A stretch of 64,000 nt of DNA from Bacteroidota bacterium (GTDB taxonomy: Bacteria > Bacteroidota > Bacteroidia > Chitinophagales > Chitinophagaceae), in the NCBI GenBank assembly GCA_043781975.1, contig JAYWAZ010000165.1:9144-73143 (forward strand), in the 5' to 3' direction. The notes under the pieces were generated by a model, which was given only the letters and a program-made list of their open reading frames with translations, searched no databases and was not told the origin of the DNA. Numbering within the stretch: position 1 is the first letter of the stretch; every line of letters begins with the position of its first letter. Shown here piece by piece: positions 9,874 through 20,167 of the stretch. The translations under genes were made by a program, and so were the position numbers.

Positions 9874-10515
9874 TTATTTTCCTTTGGGTACCGCCGTACT
9901 GTCTGCTTTGGCAACCGGGGCGGCAACCCCTTTCGGCTGCAATGTCCTTATATACTGAATGATCATCCAGCGCTGTTTCCTGTCTAACTGGGAAGCATAG
10001 CTGCCCATATTGTTCTTTCCATAGGTGATGGAGTGAAACATCGTACCATCGGCCATGGAAACATATTGCGGAAGGGTAAGGTTGGCGATAGCCCCTATTT
10101 TACCCGATAAGGGCCCGTTGGCCACACCCTTGGCGCCGTGACAGATGGCGCAATTGATATTGAACAGCCTGGCTGCCTCCAGCATTTCGTTGTCGCTCAG
10201 TGATCCCAGCGGACTCTTCACCTCGGCACTCATTTTATAACCCATGCTGTCGTTGGGCAGGGTATAAGGAAAAAGTTCGCCTCTTTTAATGGTGCCCGCG
10301 GGTGGCAGGTTATTGTAAAATATCTTACTCCCCAGGTCGGCCGGGTTGGTAGTGAATACGGACGAATCGCGGGATGCATAGGTTTCATATGCACGGCTGT
10401 ATGCCATATCCGGCATATAGATCTTTCCGGGTTCGCGTTTACCATCACAGCTGCCCACCGTTACAATAATAACCGCTGTAATTAAAATGGCTGTTAAAAA
10501 GTTTATTCGTTTCAT
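9874..10515 (-). CDS. actE: Alternative complex III monoheme lipoprotein ActE
   Basis: Lipobox-like VGSC, YMPDM, CAICHG, MGSYASQL. Confidence 0.92.
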   Translation of the reverse strand: MKRINFLTAILITAVIIVTVGSCDGKREPGKIYMPDMAYSRAYETYASRDSSVFTTNPADLGSKIFYNNLPPAGTIKRGELFPYTLPNDSMGYKMSAEVKSPLGSLSDNEMLEAARLFNINCAICHGAKGVANGPLSGKIGAIANLTLPQYVSMADGTMFHSITYGKNNMGSYASQLDRKQRWMIIQYIRTLQPKGVAAPVAKADSTAVPKGK

Positions 10516-10536
10516 TTATCGATTATCAGTTGTCAA

Positions 10537-11127
10537 TTAATACCCTTTTTCTTCCTTGTATAATTTTTGTTCCCGGTCGTACCTTCCGATCCACCAGCCG
10601 GTTTCCGCGTTTTGTACATTCACTTCAGAAGCCCCGGCATTTTGTAAAAAAGCCTGCACTTCAGCGTCATTTGTTTTATCGGTGCACTCAATGGCCATCA
10701 CAAAAAGGTCATCCGTTGCCCTTGGATGAAAATGATGCTTTTTTACAAAGGGTGCCATCTGGCAGAGGTAGCAGAAGGTCAGCACCATCCCCACTGCTGA
10801 AAAGAGCACGGTCAATTCAAAAGTGATGGGTATCCACGCCGGCAAAGCGAAATGCGGTTTTCCACCAATGTTCAGGGGCCAGTCTTTTGTAAACACCCAG
10901 CTCATGAAGGTTAGCGCCGTGGTTGTTCCTGTAATGGCATAAATGAAACCCGCGGTATGAAGGCTGGTTTCGCGGATACCCATGGCGTGATCCAGCCCAT
11001 GCACCGGGAAGGGCGTATAAACATCATGTATCTTATACCCCGCTTTGCGAACATTCTTCACTGCGGGAAACAATACTTTTTCGTCATCGAAACAACCGAC
11101 TACAAATTTTTTAATTCCTCCAGCCAT
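10537..11127 (-). CDS. actD: Alternative complex III subunit ActD (DUF3341)
   Basis: DVYTPFPVHGLD, DWPLNIGGKP, PITFELTVL. Confidence 0.93.
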   Translation of the reverse strand: MAGGIKKFVVGCFDDEKVLFPAVKNVRKAGYKIHDVYTPFPVHGLDHAMGIRETSLHTAGFIYAITGTTTALTFMSWVFTKDWPLNIGGKPHFALPAWIPITFELTVLFSAVGMVLTFCYLCQMAPFVKKHHFHPRATDDLFVMAIECTDKTNDAEVQAFLQNAGASEVNVQNAETGWWIGRYDREQKLYKEEKGY

Positions 11128-11135
11128 AATAATTA

Positions 11136-11243
11136 CCCCCTTCTAATTCCTCCTTGAAGGGGAAGGTTTTGGTGTATAATAATTTAAATACTACTCAATT
11201 TTTAAACTCCTTAAAGTCCCCCTTCGGGGGATTTAGGGGGCCT
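11136..11243. repeat. Inverted REP-like pair
   Basis: cccccttctaattcctccttgaaggggaagg ... aaagtcccccttcgggggatttaggggg. Confidence 0.85.
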
Positions 11244-11244
11244 C

Positions 11245-12696
11245 CTAATGCGCGTGTTCTACTTCTTCAATATAAAATTTTTCCGCATCTGCTTTCTCGA
11301 TATCGGTCATCTTCACCTTATAATTTTCCCCGCTGGTCTTTAAAATAGCCTTGATCTCTGCTACGGCAATGACCGGGAAATATTTTCCAAACAGGAAGAA
11401 ACAGGTAAAGAACAAACCGAAGGTTCCCGTGTAAAAACCAATCTCCCAGATGCTCGGGCTATAGTAGGTACTCCAGGATGAAGGCAGGTAATCGCGGTAC
11501 ACCGAAGTAACGATGATCACGAAACGCTCGTACCACATACCGATATTCACGATAATGCTCATGAAAAAGGTAACAGTGATATTCCTGCGCAGCTTACGGC
11601 TCCAGAACAATTGTGGTGATACCACGTTACAGAACATCATCAGCCAATAACTCCAGCCATAGGGACTGAACAGGTTGGCGCGGTTCTGGCTGAAAGCAAA
11701 CCACTCGTATGGATTTTGGCCATACCATGCTATGAATAATTCGGTCAGATACGCACAGCCCACAATGCTTCCCGTTAGTACTATGATCTTGTTCATGGCC
11801 TCGATATGCCCCAGCGTGATATAATCCTGCAGGTTCAGCACTTTACGGACCACGATCATCAGCGTTTGCACCATGGCGAATCCGCTGAAAATGGCGCCTG
11901 CCACGAAATAAGGCGGGAAGATGGTAGTATGCCATCCAGGAACGATGGAAGTGGCGAAGTCGAACGACACGATGGTATGCACACTCAGTACCAGCGGGGT
12001 GCTAAGGCCTGCCAATACCAGCGCCAGCGATTCGTGCCGCTGCCAGTGTTTGGTACTGCCGCTCCACCCAAAGGAAGCCACGCCATAAAACATCTTCCTG
12101 AATTTTGTTTTAGCCCTGTCACGCACGGTGGCGAGGTCGGGTAATAAACCAGAATACCAGAACAATAATGATACGGTGAAATAAGTTGATATCGCAAACA
12201 CATCCCAAAGCAGAGGCGAATTAAAGTTTACCCATAACGGACCACGACTGTTGGGATAAGGCATTACGAAGAAAGCCATCCATACCCGGCCCATGTGCCA
12301 GATCGGGAACTGTCCCGCGCAGATCACCGCAAAGATCGTCATCGCTTCCGCCGCACGGTTAACCCCCGTTCTCCATCCCTGGCGGAACAATAAGAGGATC
12401 GCCGAGATCAATGTACCCGCATGACCGATACCGATCCACCATACAAAGTTGGTGATGTCCCAACCCCAGCCGATGGTCTTGTTCACGTTCCATTGTCCGA
12501 TACCATAGGTAACCTCGCGGTAAACGCTGTACACCCCAAACAACAGGAGGCAAATGCTGATGCCAAAGCCGATGTACCAGAGTTTGCTTGGCTTCATCTC
12601 TATCGGGCGAATGATATCCTCCGTTATCTGGTGGTAATCCTTATTACCGTCTACCAGCGGTTCCCTTAGTTGCGATTCGTATTTCAGTAATGACAT
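11245..12696 (-). CDS. actC: Alternative complex III subunit ActC (NrfD/PsrC family)
   Basis: WGWDITNFVWWIGIGHAGTLISA, NRAAEAMT, HMGR, SPLLWD, LVLSVHTIVS. Confidence 0.95.
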   Translation of the reverse strand: MSLLKYESQLREPLVDGNKDYHQITEDIIRPIEMKPSKLWYIGFGISICLLLFGVYSVYREVTYGIGQWNVNKTIGWGWDITNFVWWIGIGHAGTLISAILLLFRQGWRTGVNRAAEAMTIFAVICAGQFPIWHMGRVWMAFFVMPYPNSRGPLWVNFNSPLLWDVFAISTYFTVSLLFWYSGLLPDLATVRDRAKTKFRKMFYGVASFGWSGSTKHWQRHESLALVLAGLSTPLVLSVHTIVSFDFATSIVPGWHTTIFPPYFVAGAIFSGFAMVQTLMIVVRKVLNLQDYITLGHIEAMNKIIVLTGSIVGCAYLTELFIAWYGQNPYEWFAFSQNRANLFSPYGWSYWLMMFCNVVSPQLFWSRKLRRNITVTFFMSIIVNIGMWYERFVIIVTSVYRDYLPSSWSTYYSPSIWEIGFYTGTFGLFFTCFFLFGKYFPVIAVAEIKAILKTSGENYKVKMTDIEKADAEKFYIEEVEHAH

Positions 12697-12704
12697 ATCT
12701 TATT

Positions 12705-12776
12705 AAAGTCAAAAGTTAGAAGTCAAAAGTTAAAAGCGGCACTTTCAGGTTTTGAATTTTTACTTTTTATTTTTTA
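12705..12776. repeat. Heptamer tandem repeats (aaagtca/aaagtta) with degenerate inverted arm
   Basis: aaagtca aaagtta gaagtca aaagtta ... ttttgaatttttactttttattttttac. Confidence 0.75.
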
Positions 12777-12786
12777 CGTATGATAA

Positions 12787-15700
12787 TTATCCTGCTTTTT
12801 TTTCTTCTTTCTTATTTTCGCTTCCTTCTTCCACTCCAATATGCCTGTCTGTATTCCTTACCTTGGCCAGGTAACTAACGTTGGGCAATACGTGCAACTG
12901 CTCCAGCACGTAAAAGTTGCGGTGCTTCTGGTCTACGTGCCTTATCTTATACACATCGCTTTCCTTGTCGTTGACGTTGCCGAAATGGATGGCGTTGGTT
13001 GGACAGGCCTGCATACAGGCCACTTTTACATTTCTTACCAGGGTAGGGTCCTGCTGCTTCTTGGCTTCCAGCTTGGTTTCCTGCAAACGCTGAACGCAGA
13101 AAGAACATTTCTCGATGACCCCTCTTGAACGAACAGTCACATCGGGATTCAGTACCATGCGGGTAAGGTCGTCATTCATCGACATCACCACATCGTCCAT
13201 ATAGATACCAATAAGTGGCTGCTGGTTGTCAGGGAAGCTATCGGCACCGGTATAATCCAACCAGTTGAACCGGCGGACTTTATATGGGCAGTTGTTGGCG
13301 CAATATCTTGTACCGATGCAACGGTTATAGGTCATCTGGTTAAGGCCCTCACTGCTATGGTTAGTGGCAGCAACAGGACAAACGTTCTCGCAGGGGGCGT
13401 TATCACAATGCTGGCAAAGCATGGGCTGGAACACCACATCGGGATTCTCCAGATCGCCGGTGAAATAACGGTCGATGCGCAGCCAATGCATTTCATGGGC
13501 CCGCTGTACCTGCATTTTGCCCACCACACTCACATTATTCTCGGCCGTACAGGCCACCACGCAGGAGCTACAACCCGTACAGGTGTTCAGGTCAATGCTC
13601 ATCCCCCATTTAATGCCCGGCTTTTCATAATCGGGATACATGGTACCGTCTTTCACAAAATCCTCGCTTCCGTTTATGGTATTATCCAGCCTTTCTTTAT
13701 TAACTTCTTCCAACACGGCTTCCGGGTTGGATACATAACTACTGAGATTGGTTTCAAATAATATCGGCCTGTTTTCGGTGAACCCATGCACCTGCGTTTG
13801 TGCAAGGGGGTAAGTCTTCCCGGTCTTTTCAACAGTTGCAACCGCCGTATAGCTGTTCGTTCCGTCGAAACCAACCAGGTTATACACGTTCACACCGGCG
13901 CCATTGGCCGCCCTGCCTATATTTTCTGCGGTCTTTGTCTTATCGGCGCTTTGTCTTCCGTAACCAACGGCCATGGCAATAACGTTGGCATGCATTCCGG
14001 GGATAACGATCACCGGAAGTTCCGCTGATCTACCGTTTACGGTAACCTTAACAACCGGTTTTTCCGGGTGCACTTCATAATTGCTTTGGTTCCCATACTC
14101 CTGGTTCATCACGTCAAGACCCAACAATGATTTGGCCATAGCCGGACTCATCATCGCGTAGTTATCCCAGGTTACCCTGGTAACGGGATCGGGTAACTCC
14201 TGCAGCCATGGGTTATTGGCCTGGCTGCCATTACCTACAGAAACTTTCTGGTACAACACGATCTCTGTGGCGCCACTCTTGGTTTGCCCGATCTTGTCGG
14301 CCGCTTCGCTCAGTTTTCCGCCATTAAAAGCGCTTGTTCCAACAGGCATCGTTGCCGGTTCTACCACCCCATCCTGCAAGGCTTTATCATAAGTATCCGG
14401 ACTGCCCAGTTTGGTGGTCCAGTAATTTTTAAAATAGGTTTCATAATCCCTCACACTGCTTACCCCTGTCTGCCCGGCAGGCAGTGTTGGCTGGCTCCAT
14501 TTCATTAAAGAGGTCTGGAAGGCCCTTGTTTTAAATAGTGGATTGATGGTTGGCTGCATCAAACTGAAATAACCTGTCTTGGGTTCCGCATCGCCCCAGC
14601 TTTCCAGCCAGTGGTGGGCGGGAATAACATATTTGCAGTATTCCGTGGTCTCATCCATGATGCCGTTAAAGGATATGCCTGCCACTTTATTCAGTCCGTC
14701 GGTGAATTTTTTGCTGTCGGCATAGGAATAGGCGGGGTTAACACCATACACCAATAAGGCGCCCACGGCATCGGTATTCATGTCATCCACCAGTTTTACC
14801 ATATCCGCATCTATCCCTTTACGGTAGTTAGAGGTCATGGCCCAGTTGATGGTCTTTCCATCGGCGCCAATGGCATCATTGATGGCGTTAACGATCATCT
14901 GGATATTCATATCGTTGCTGCCGCAAACCACCAGGGACGCCCCTTTGTTGGCATTCAACGCGGCGGCGGCCGTTTCAATTCCTTTTAGCAATTTAGGATC
15001 TGTTAGAGAAGGCGCGGCCAGTCCAAGTCCCACTTTGGCAAGCAGTGCCAACGCGATGGCGCCGGTCTCGGAAGGTTTGTGCACATAGCGGTCATCGGCA
15101 TTACTGCCCGTCATGCTCATCATGCTTTCGAACTGAAAGTGTTTGCTGAGCTCGGGTTTTTCACCGGTTACTTTCCTGTTCTGTGAATATTGTTTGCTGA
15201 ATTCGGCCGGACTGAGCCAGGTTCCCAGGAAATCAGCGCCGAGGCTTACGATCACTTTTGCATTTTCAAAATGATAGGATGGGATGGCTTTTTTGCCATA
15301 ACAGGTTTCATTGGCCAGTATCATGCCACTATAGCTCACTGCATCATACTGCACATGACGGCTGCCGGGGTATTTCGCTAAAAATTCATTGATGATCTGC
15401 AAAGTGGATGGCGAACTGATGGTGGAGGTGAGCAATACCACCGGTTTGACTTTCAACCCGGCCAGCGCGTTTTCCACCATTGTATCGAATGCATCAAAAT
15501 TGGTCACTTCCTTGAAAGCGTTACCATCCTTCTGCATCGGGTAACGGAGACGGGCATTATCATACAGGTCGAGCACGGAAGCCTGTGCCTGTGCGGTGGT
15601 GGCGCCTTTGGTGATCGTTGATAATTCGTTGCCTTCGATCTTTATGGGTCGTCCGTCTCTTTGTTTAACGACAACTGAGATAACATCTCCGCCATTTACA

Positions 15701-15993
15701 TAAGTAGACGCATAATAATTGGCCACCCCGGGTATAACGTTATCGGGTCTTTGTAAATAAGGTACCACTTTACGTACCGGCATTTCGCAACTCGCCGCGA
15801 TAGCAGCGGCTGCCGTACTGAAGCCAAGATATTTAAGAAAGTCCCTCCGGGGCGTTTTGGCGTCCATGATACCCTTATCATCGAGGTCAGATAATGGCAG
15901 TAACGATTCCTGGAATTCATTTTTAGCCGATTGCTGAAAACTTTCGGTCTGATTCAGCTCTCCAAAACTTTGCCAGTACTTTTTCTTGCTCAT
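12787..15993 (-). CDS. actB: Alternative complex III subunit ActB (molybdopterin-oxidoreductase-like plus Fe-S domain)
   Basis: Twin-arginine PRRDFLK and ASC lipid site; Fe-S motifs CTGCSSCVVAC, CQHCDNAPC, CIGTRYCANNCP, CSFC. Confidence 0.95.
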   Translation of the reverse strand: MSKKKYWQSFGELNQTESFQQSAKNEFQESLLPLSDLDDKGIMDAKTPRRDFLKYLGFSTAAAAIAASCEMPVRKVVPYLQRPDNVIPGVANYYASTYVNGGDVISVVVKQRDGRPIKIEGNELSTITKGATTAQAQASVLDLYDNARLRYPMQKDGNAFKEVTNFDAFDTMVENALAGLKVKPVVLLTSTISSPSTLQIINEFLAKYPGSRHVQYDAVSYSGMILANETCYGKKAIPSYHFENAKVIVSLGADFLGTWLSPAEFSKQYSQNRKVTGEKPELSKHFQFESMMSMTGSNADDRYVHKPSETGAIALALLAKVGLGLAAPSLTDPKLLKGIETAAAALNANKGASLVVCGSNDMNIQMIVNAINDAIGADGKTINWAMTSNYRKGIDADMVKLVDDMNTDAVGALLVYGVNPAYSYADSKKFTDGLNKVAGISFNGIMDETTEYCKYVIPAHHWLESWGDAEPKTGYFSLMQPTINPLFKTRAFQTSLMKWSQPTLPAGQTGVSSVRDYETYFKNYWTTKLGSPDTYDKALQDGVVEPATMPVGTSAFNGGKLSEAADKIGQTKSGATEIVLYQKVSVGNGSQANNPWLQELPDPVTRVTWDNYAMMSPAMAKSLLGLDVMNQEYGNQSNYEVHPEKPVVKVTVNGRSAELPVIVIPGMHANVIAMAVGYGRQSADKTKTAENIGRAANGAGVNVYNLVGFDGTNSYTAVATVEKTGKTYPLAQTQVHGFTENRPILFETNLSSYVSNPEAVLEEVNKERLDNTINGSEDFVKDGTMYPDYEKPGIKWGMSIDLNTCTGCSSCVVACTAENNVSVVGKMQVQRAHEMHWLRIDRYFTGDLENPDVVFQPMLCQHCDNAPCENVCPVAATNHSSEGLNQMTYNRCIGTRYCANNCPYKVRRFNWLDYTGADSFPDNQQPLIGIYMDDVVMSMNDDLTRMVLNPDVTVRSRGVIEKCSFCVQRLQETKLEAKKQQDPTLVRNVKVACMQACPTNAIHFGNVNDKESDVYKIRHVDQKHRNFYVLEQLHVLPNVSYLAKVRNTDRHIGVEEGSENKKEEKKAG

Positions 15994-16003
15994 AATGTAT
16001 TCG

Positions 16004-16126
16004 GTTGACAGTTGGCAGTTGACAATTAGCAGTTGGCAGTTAGCAGTTGCCAGTTAGCAGGTCAACAACCTATTCATTGTTCAATTTCAAAAATGTTACA
16101 GACTGCAAACTGCAGACTGCAAACTG
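16004..16126. repeat. Inverted heptamer arrays: 8 x gttRgca-type and 4 x caRactg
   Basis: 16004-16059 gttgaca gttggca gttgaca attagca gttggca gttagca gttgcca gttagca; 16099-16126 cagactg caaactg cagactg caaactg. Confidence 0.9.
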
Positions 16127-16128
16127 TT

Positions 16129-17400
16129 CTAATAGTGACATTTCTGACACTCCGTTCCTCCGATCTTTTCAACAGTTATGCTGTCCAGTTTATGATTTTT
16201 GATATCGGTGTGGAATTTCTCGTAAATGCTGTAAAATTTATTCCCGGTGCTGTCGTCTTTATTAAAGAAGTCAACCTTGGTCTCGCGGTGACAGTTGATA
16301 CACCATCCCATACTTAATTCGGTGAACTGGTAAACTTCTGGCATTTCCTGTATCGGGCCATGGCAGGTCTGGCATTGCTGTTTTCCTACTTTTATGTGCT
16401 GGCTATGGTTAAAGTAAACATGGTCGGGCAGGTTGTGGATCTTTACCCACTCAATGGGCCTGGCACCATCGGGTATACCATCACCGTTGGTATCGGGATT
16501 GTATTGCTTGGTATTCGCATTCCAGCCTGCATAAGCGTATAATTTCTGGATCTCGCTCGTTCCGTCAACCCCGGTACCATCTTCACGCTCCAGTTTATCC
16601 GGACCTTCATATTTACCGATGGCCTTATGACAGTTCATACAAACATTGACCGAGGGGATACCCGCCGTTTTGCTGTCCTGCGAGCTGCCATGGCAGTACA
16701 GACAACTGATCTGGTTGGTACCGGCGTGTACCTTATGAGAGTAGTAGATCGGCTGAACAGGCTGGTAGTTTTGCTGGCGTCCCAGGCCAATCGCCCCGTT
16801 AACGAAGAAGTATCCGGCCAGGGTAAATAATACCAATATCCCTGCCATCAGGTAGGTCTTGTTCTTATAAAAAGGTACGGGTTCGGTGCGAAGAACCCCT
16901 TCTTTTTCGTCTGATAATTTGCGGAGATTACTGTTAACCTGTAATAATATGAACGCGATAAGCGCCAATACCAGGGTAAGTATACCAAAAAGCAGAGAAT
17001 TGTCTGTTTCGCCACCAGTCTTTGTTTCGCCCGTAGGAAGTGGCGGTGGCGCATAGGCATCCGCCCAATCCAGTATCGCTTTGATCTCTTCCTGCTTCAG
17101 GTTCTGCTGGGTCATTGGTGAACCATATTTCACCATCAATGCCTTTGCATAAGCGTCTGATTGAAGCATGGAGTTCACGTTATTCACCCACTTGTAAGCC
17201 CAGTCTGGGTTTGGCTCCCTTTCCCTGGCCCCTTTTAACATCGGACCGGTAAAATCCTTATCCGGTTTATGACAACTGGCGCAGTTGGCTTTGAATAGCG
17301 CTTCGCCGTCAATGGCAAAGGATTGTTGAGTGAAACTGAGCAGTGAGATAAAGAAAAAACCGGTAAATATTCTGTTAAAGATTTTTCTGGAACGACTCAT
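16129..17400 (-). CDS. actA: Alternative complex III multiheme cytochrome c ActA (1+5 hemes)
   Basis: CASCH, then TM segments, then CLYCH, CMNCH, CQTCH, CINCH, CQKCH. Confidence 0.95.
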   Translation of the reverse strand: MSRSRKIFNRIFTGFFFISLLSFTQQSFAIDGEALFKANCASCHKPDKDFTGPMLKGAREREPNPDWAYKWVNNVNSMLQSDAYAKALMVKYGSPMTQQNLKQEEIKAILDWADAYAPPPLPTGETKTGGETDNSLLFGILTLVLALIAFILLQVNSNLRKLSDEKEGVLRTEPVPFYKNKTYLMAGILVLFTLAGYFFVNGAIGLGRQQNYQPVQPIYYSHKVHAGTNQISCLYCHGSSQDSKTAGIPSVNVCMNCHKAIGKYEGPDKLEREDGTGVDGTSEIQKLYAYAGWNANTKQYNPDTNGDGIPDGARPIEWVKIHNLPDHVYFNHSQHIKVGKQQCQTCHGPIQEMPEVYQFTELSMGWCINCHRETKVDFFNKDDSTGNKFYSIYEKFHTDIKNHKLDSITVEKIGGTECQKCHY

Positions 17401-17445
17401 ACAGTTATATCGGGGCTAATGTGGAAAAATATCCTGATTTGGTTG

Positions 17446-17453
17446 CAAAAATA
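17446..17453 (-). promoter_or_regulatory. -7 promoter box of the act-cox operon
   Basis: TATTTTTG (TAnnTTTG) about 45 nt upstream of actA. Confidence 0.55.
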
Positions 17454-17634
17454 AGGCAGGATACTGACAATATATCAACATGATGGAGTTTTTTTTTTCC
17501 TTGACTGGCGTGGGTTTCAGCCAATTGTTACATTTCCCGTATGCGAATTGTCATGCATTTGTAAATAGTTTTTTAAAGACAATATTTTTTGACTCCCTGT
17601 CATAATTCACGATTTTTTATTCCACTTTTGCCGA

Positions 17635-18498
17635 ATGCTTCAAAAACTCAAAAGGCACTGGAAGGTGAACGATCTTAATTTGGTGCTTATCCTTGCCACG
17701 TTCATATTGGGTGGAAGCCTTTGCGGCAGGGCCGCCGCATGGATTATAAAATATTTTCCCGCGGTTGACCGATGGCTGGAAATTGTAATTTTTGTATTAC
17801 TCTGTACCCTGCTCTGGCCTTTATGCGTGATCCTTATCAGTATTCCCCTGGGACAATTCGCTTTTTTTAAAAGATACATCATCAGGGTTTATAATCGGCT
17901 GAGGAGAATTCATCCTGCCGCTGCATCTGTGACCCGGATCGCCATTTTTGCCTCGGGATCCGGAACCAACGCACAACGGATCATTGATCATTTCAGGTCA
18001 TCGCCCCTGGCAAAGATCGCATTGATAGCCTGTAATAAAACAGGGGCGGGCGTATTGTCGATAGCGGCAAAAGAAAATATCCCTGCTTTGCTCATCGAAA
18101 AAGAAAGATTTAATAACGGGGATGCTTTTTTGCCCGAATTGCGAGATCATCATATCGATCTTATTGTACTGGCGGGCTTTTTATGGAAGATACCGGGTCC
18201 CCTGCTTGCGGCCTATCCCAAAAAGATCATAAACATACATCCCGCCCTGCTCCCAAAATACGGAGGGCCGGGCATGTACGGCCACTTTGTTCATGACGCC
18301 GTGATCGCCGCCGGAGAAAAGGAAAGCGGCATCACCATTCATTACGTGGATGAATTGTACGACCATGGTGCGATCATTTTCCAGTCAGCATGCGCTGTTG
18401 ATGAAAAAGATACTGCTGAGTCATTGGCAAAAAAGATACAAGCGCTTGAGCATGCCAGTTATCCCACAATTATTGAAAAAATAATTACGAACGGTTAA
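17635..18498 (+). CDS. purN: Phosphoribosylglycinamide formyltransferase with N-terminal 2-TM DUF6787-like domain
   Basis: AIFASGSGTN, LAGF, INIHPALLPKYGG, SGITIH...D.G; first ~95 aa hydrophobic (LKRHWKV...LGQFAFF). Confidence 0.9.
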   Translation: MLQKLKRHWKVNDLNLVLILATFILGGSLCGRAAAWIIKYFPAVDRWLEIVIFVLLCTLLWPLCVILISIPLGQFAFFKRYIIRVYNRLRRIHPAAASVTRIAIFASGSGTNAQRIIDHFRSSPLAKIALIACNKTGAGVLSIAAKENIPALLIEKERFNNGDAFLPELRDHHIDLIVLAGFLWKIPGPLLAAYPKKIINIHPALLPKYGGPGMYGHFVHDAVIAAGEKESGITIHYVDELYDHGAIIFQSACAVDEKDTAESLAKKIQALEHASYPTIIEKIITNG

Positions 18499-18545
18499 CG
18501 TATGCTCTTCTTTTCTCTTTAACTTACCCTTCTCAAATCCTGTTT

Positions 18546-20072
18546 ATGAAACGTATATTATTGCTATTGCCATGCCTTGTTTTTGCATGGTCGGTATCCA
18601 ATGCACAGAATGATACCATCCCTTTTTTCGTTAAAGACAGTATCGACAATTATATTAACAAAGCCCTGCGGGACTGGGAGATCCCCGGCCTCTCGGTATG
18701 CATCATAAAGAACGGGAAGGTGGTACTGATGAAAGGCTATGGCGTAAAGGAGTTTGGCACTACTGACAAAGTGGATGAGAATACCCTCTTCATGATCGGG
18801 AGCAATACCAAAGCCTTTACCGCAACGGCTATTGCGACACTTGACGCGGAAAATAAATTATCCCTTGACGACAAGGTGACCAAATGGATGCCCTCCTTCA
18901 AACTGGACAATAAAGCCGCCGGTGAACAGGCCATTGTAAGAGACCTGCTTTGCCACCGAATCGGCTTCAGGACCTTCCAGGGCGACTTCACTTACTGGAC
19001 GAGTAACCTTACCCGTAAGGAAGTGATCGAAAAGATGGGACATATCAAGGCGGTGTATCCCTTCCGTACCAAATGGGGCTATACCAATGCGGCTTTTCTC
19101 ACCGCGGGTGAGATCATACCGGCAGTCACTGGCAAACAATGGGAAGATTATATCAAAGAAAAAATATTCATTCCGCTGGGCATGAACAATACGCTTGCCT
19201 TAAGCAGGGATTTCCCAAATGCCGCCAATAAGGCGGTACCCTACACGATGGATAACGGAAAGATCGTAAAGATCCCTTATTGCCTCATTGATAACCTGGC
19301 GCCTGCCGGAAGCATCGCTTCCTCGGCCAGAGATATGAGCAGGTGGGTGATGATGCAGCTGGACAATGGGAAGTATGATGGCAAGGAAATTGTTCCTCAA
19401 AAAGCGATACAGAGCATCCGTTATCCCAACTCGATCATAGGCAACGGTAGTACCATATTCAATAAAAGTAATTTCACTTTATACGGGCTTGGGCTGGAAC
19501 TGCAGGATTATGAAAGCAGAAGGATCGTGTCACATACGGGTGGCGTGAATGGTTATGTGAGCAGCGTAACGATGATCCCGCAGGAAAAACTGGGCATCGT
19601 TGTTCTGACCAATACTGATCAGAATGCATTATATGAAGCATTAAAATGGGAGATCCTGGATGCCTACCTGGGCCTGCCGTATCGCAATTACAGTAAGGTG
19701 TACCTGGACTTTACCAGGAACCAGCGTAAAAACGAAGCGGCGGCAGATAAAAAATTGACAGACTCTGTAGCCCTGATGATAAAACCGTCATTGCCCCTCG
19801 CCGCATATACCGGCGATTATTTCAATGACGTGTATGGAAAGATGAAAGTGGTGTTGGAAGATAATGAACTGCGGATGAGATTTGAGCACCACCCGGCCTT
19901 CTATGCCAAACTTGGCGCACTTGGCGGCAACCGTTTCTATTGCGCATTCACTGATCCCGAATTCGGAACAGCCGTATTTCCATTCAATGTGGTAAATGGA
20001 AAAGTGAAAGGGGTGACTGTAAAAGTTGCCGACTTTGTGGAATATACGCCTTACGAGTTCACAAAAAAATAA
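18546..20072 (+). CDS. Secreted serine hydrolase (beta-lactamase/AmpC-like) with DUF3471-like C-terminus
   Basis: Signal peptide, SNTK (SxxK), YTN, HTG motifs. Confidence 0.9.
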   Translation: MKRILLLLPCLVFAWSVSNAQNDTIPFFVKDSIDNYINKALRDWEIPGLSVCIIKNGKVVLMKGYGVKEFGTTDKVDENTLFMIGSNTKAFTATAIATLDAENKLSLDDKVTKWMPSFKLDNKAAGEQAIVRDLLCHRIGFRTFQGDFTYWTSNLTRKEVIEKMGHIKAVYPFRTKWGYTNAAFLTAGEIIPAVTGKQWEDYIKEKIFIPLGMNNTLALSRDFPNAANKAVPYTMDNGKIVKIPYCLIDNLAPAGSIASSARDMSRWVMMQLDNGKYDGKEIVPQKAIQSIRYPNSIIGNGSTIFNKSNFTLYGLGLELQDYESRRIVSHTGGVNGYVSSVTMIPQEKLGIVVLTNTDQNALYEALKWEILDAYLGLPYRNYSKVYLDFTRNQRKNEAAADKKLTDSVALMIKPSLPLAAYTGDYFNDVYGKMKVVLEDNELRMRFEHHPAFYAKLGALGGNRFYCAFTDPEFGTAVFPFNVVNGKVKGVTVKVADFVEYTPYEFTKK

Positions 20073-20167
20073 CCACGCGAAAAGCAAAATCGCCGTTAAA
20101 TAGAAGCGGGGCCGGGTCAGTTCTTGATTTGTTGCCGTAATATTACGCCTTCAAATTAGATTATCAT

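Noticed and set aside
16033-16317. 94-aa ORF with LQTANCRLQT
   Set aside because: Translation of heptamer repeats and antisense to actA.
2348-17400. ACIII plus oxidase operon with two subunit III genes and six-heme ActA as a novelty
   Set aside because: Matches the organisation already described for Flavobacterium johnsoniae and relatives.
18546-20072. Serine hydrolases (also 44771..46114) as antibiotic-resistance beta-lactamases
   Set aside because: Motifs place them only in the broad family; DUF3471-type tails suggest peptidases or esterases.
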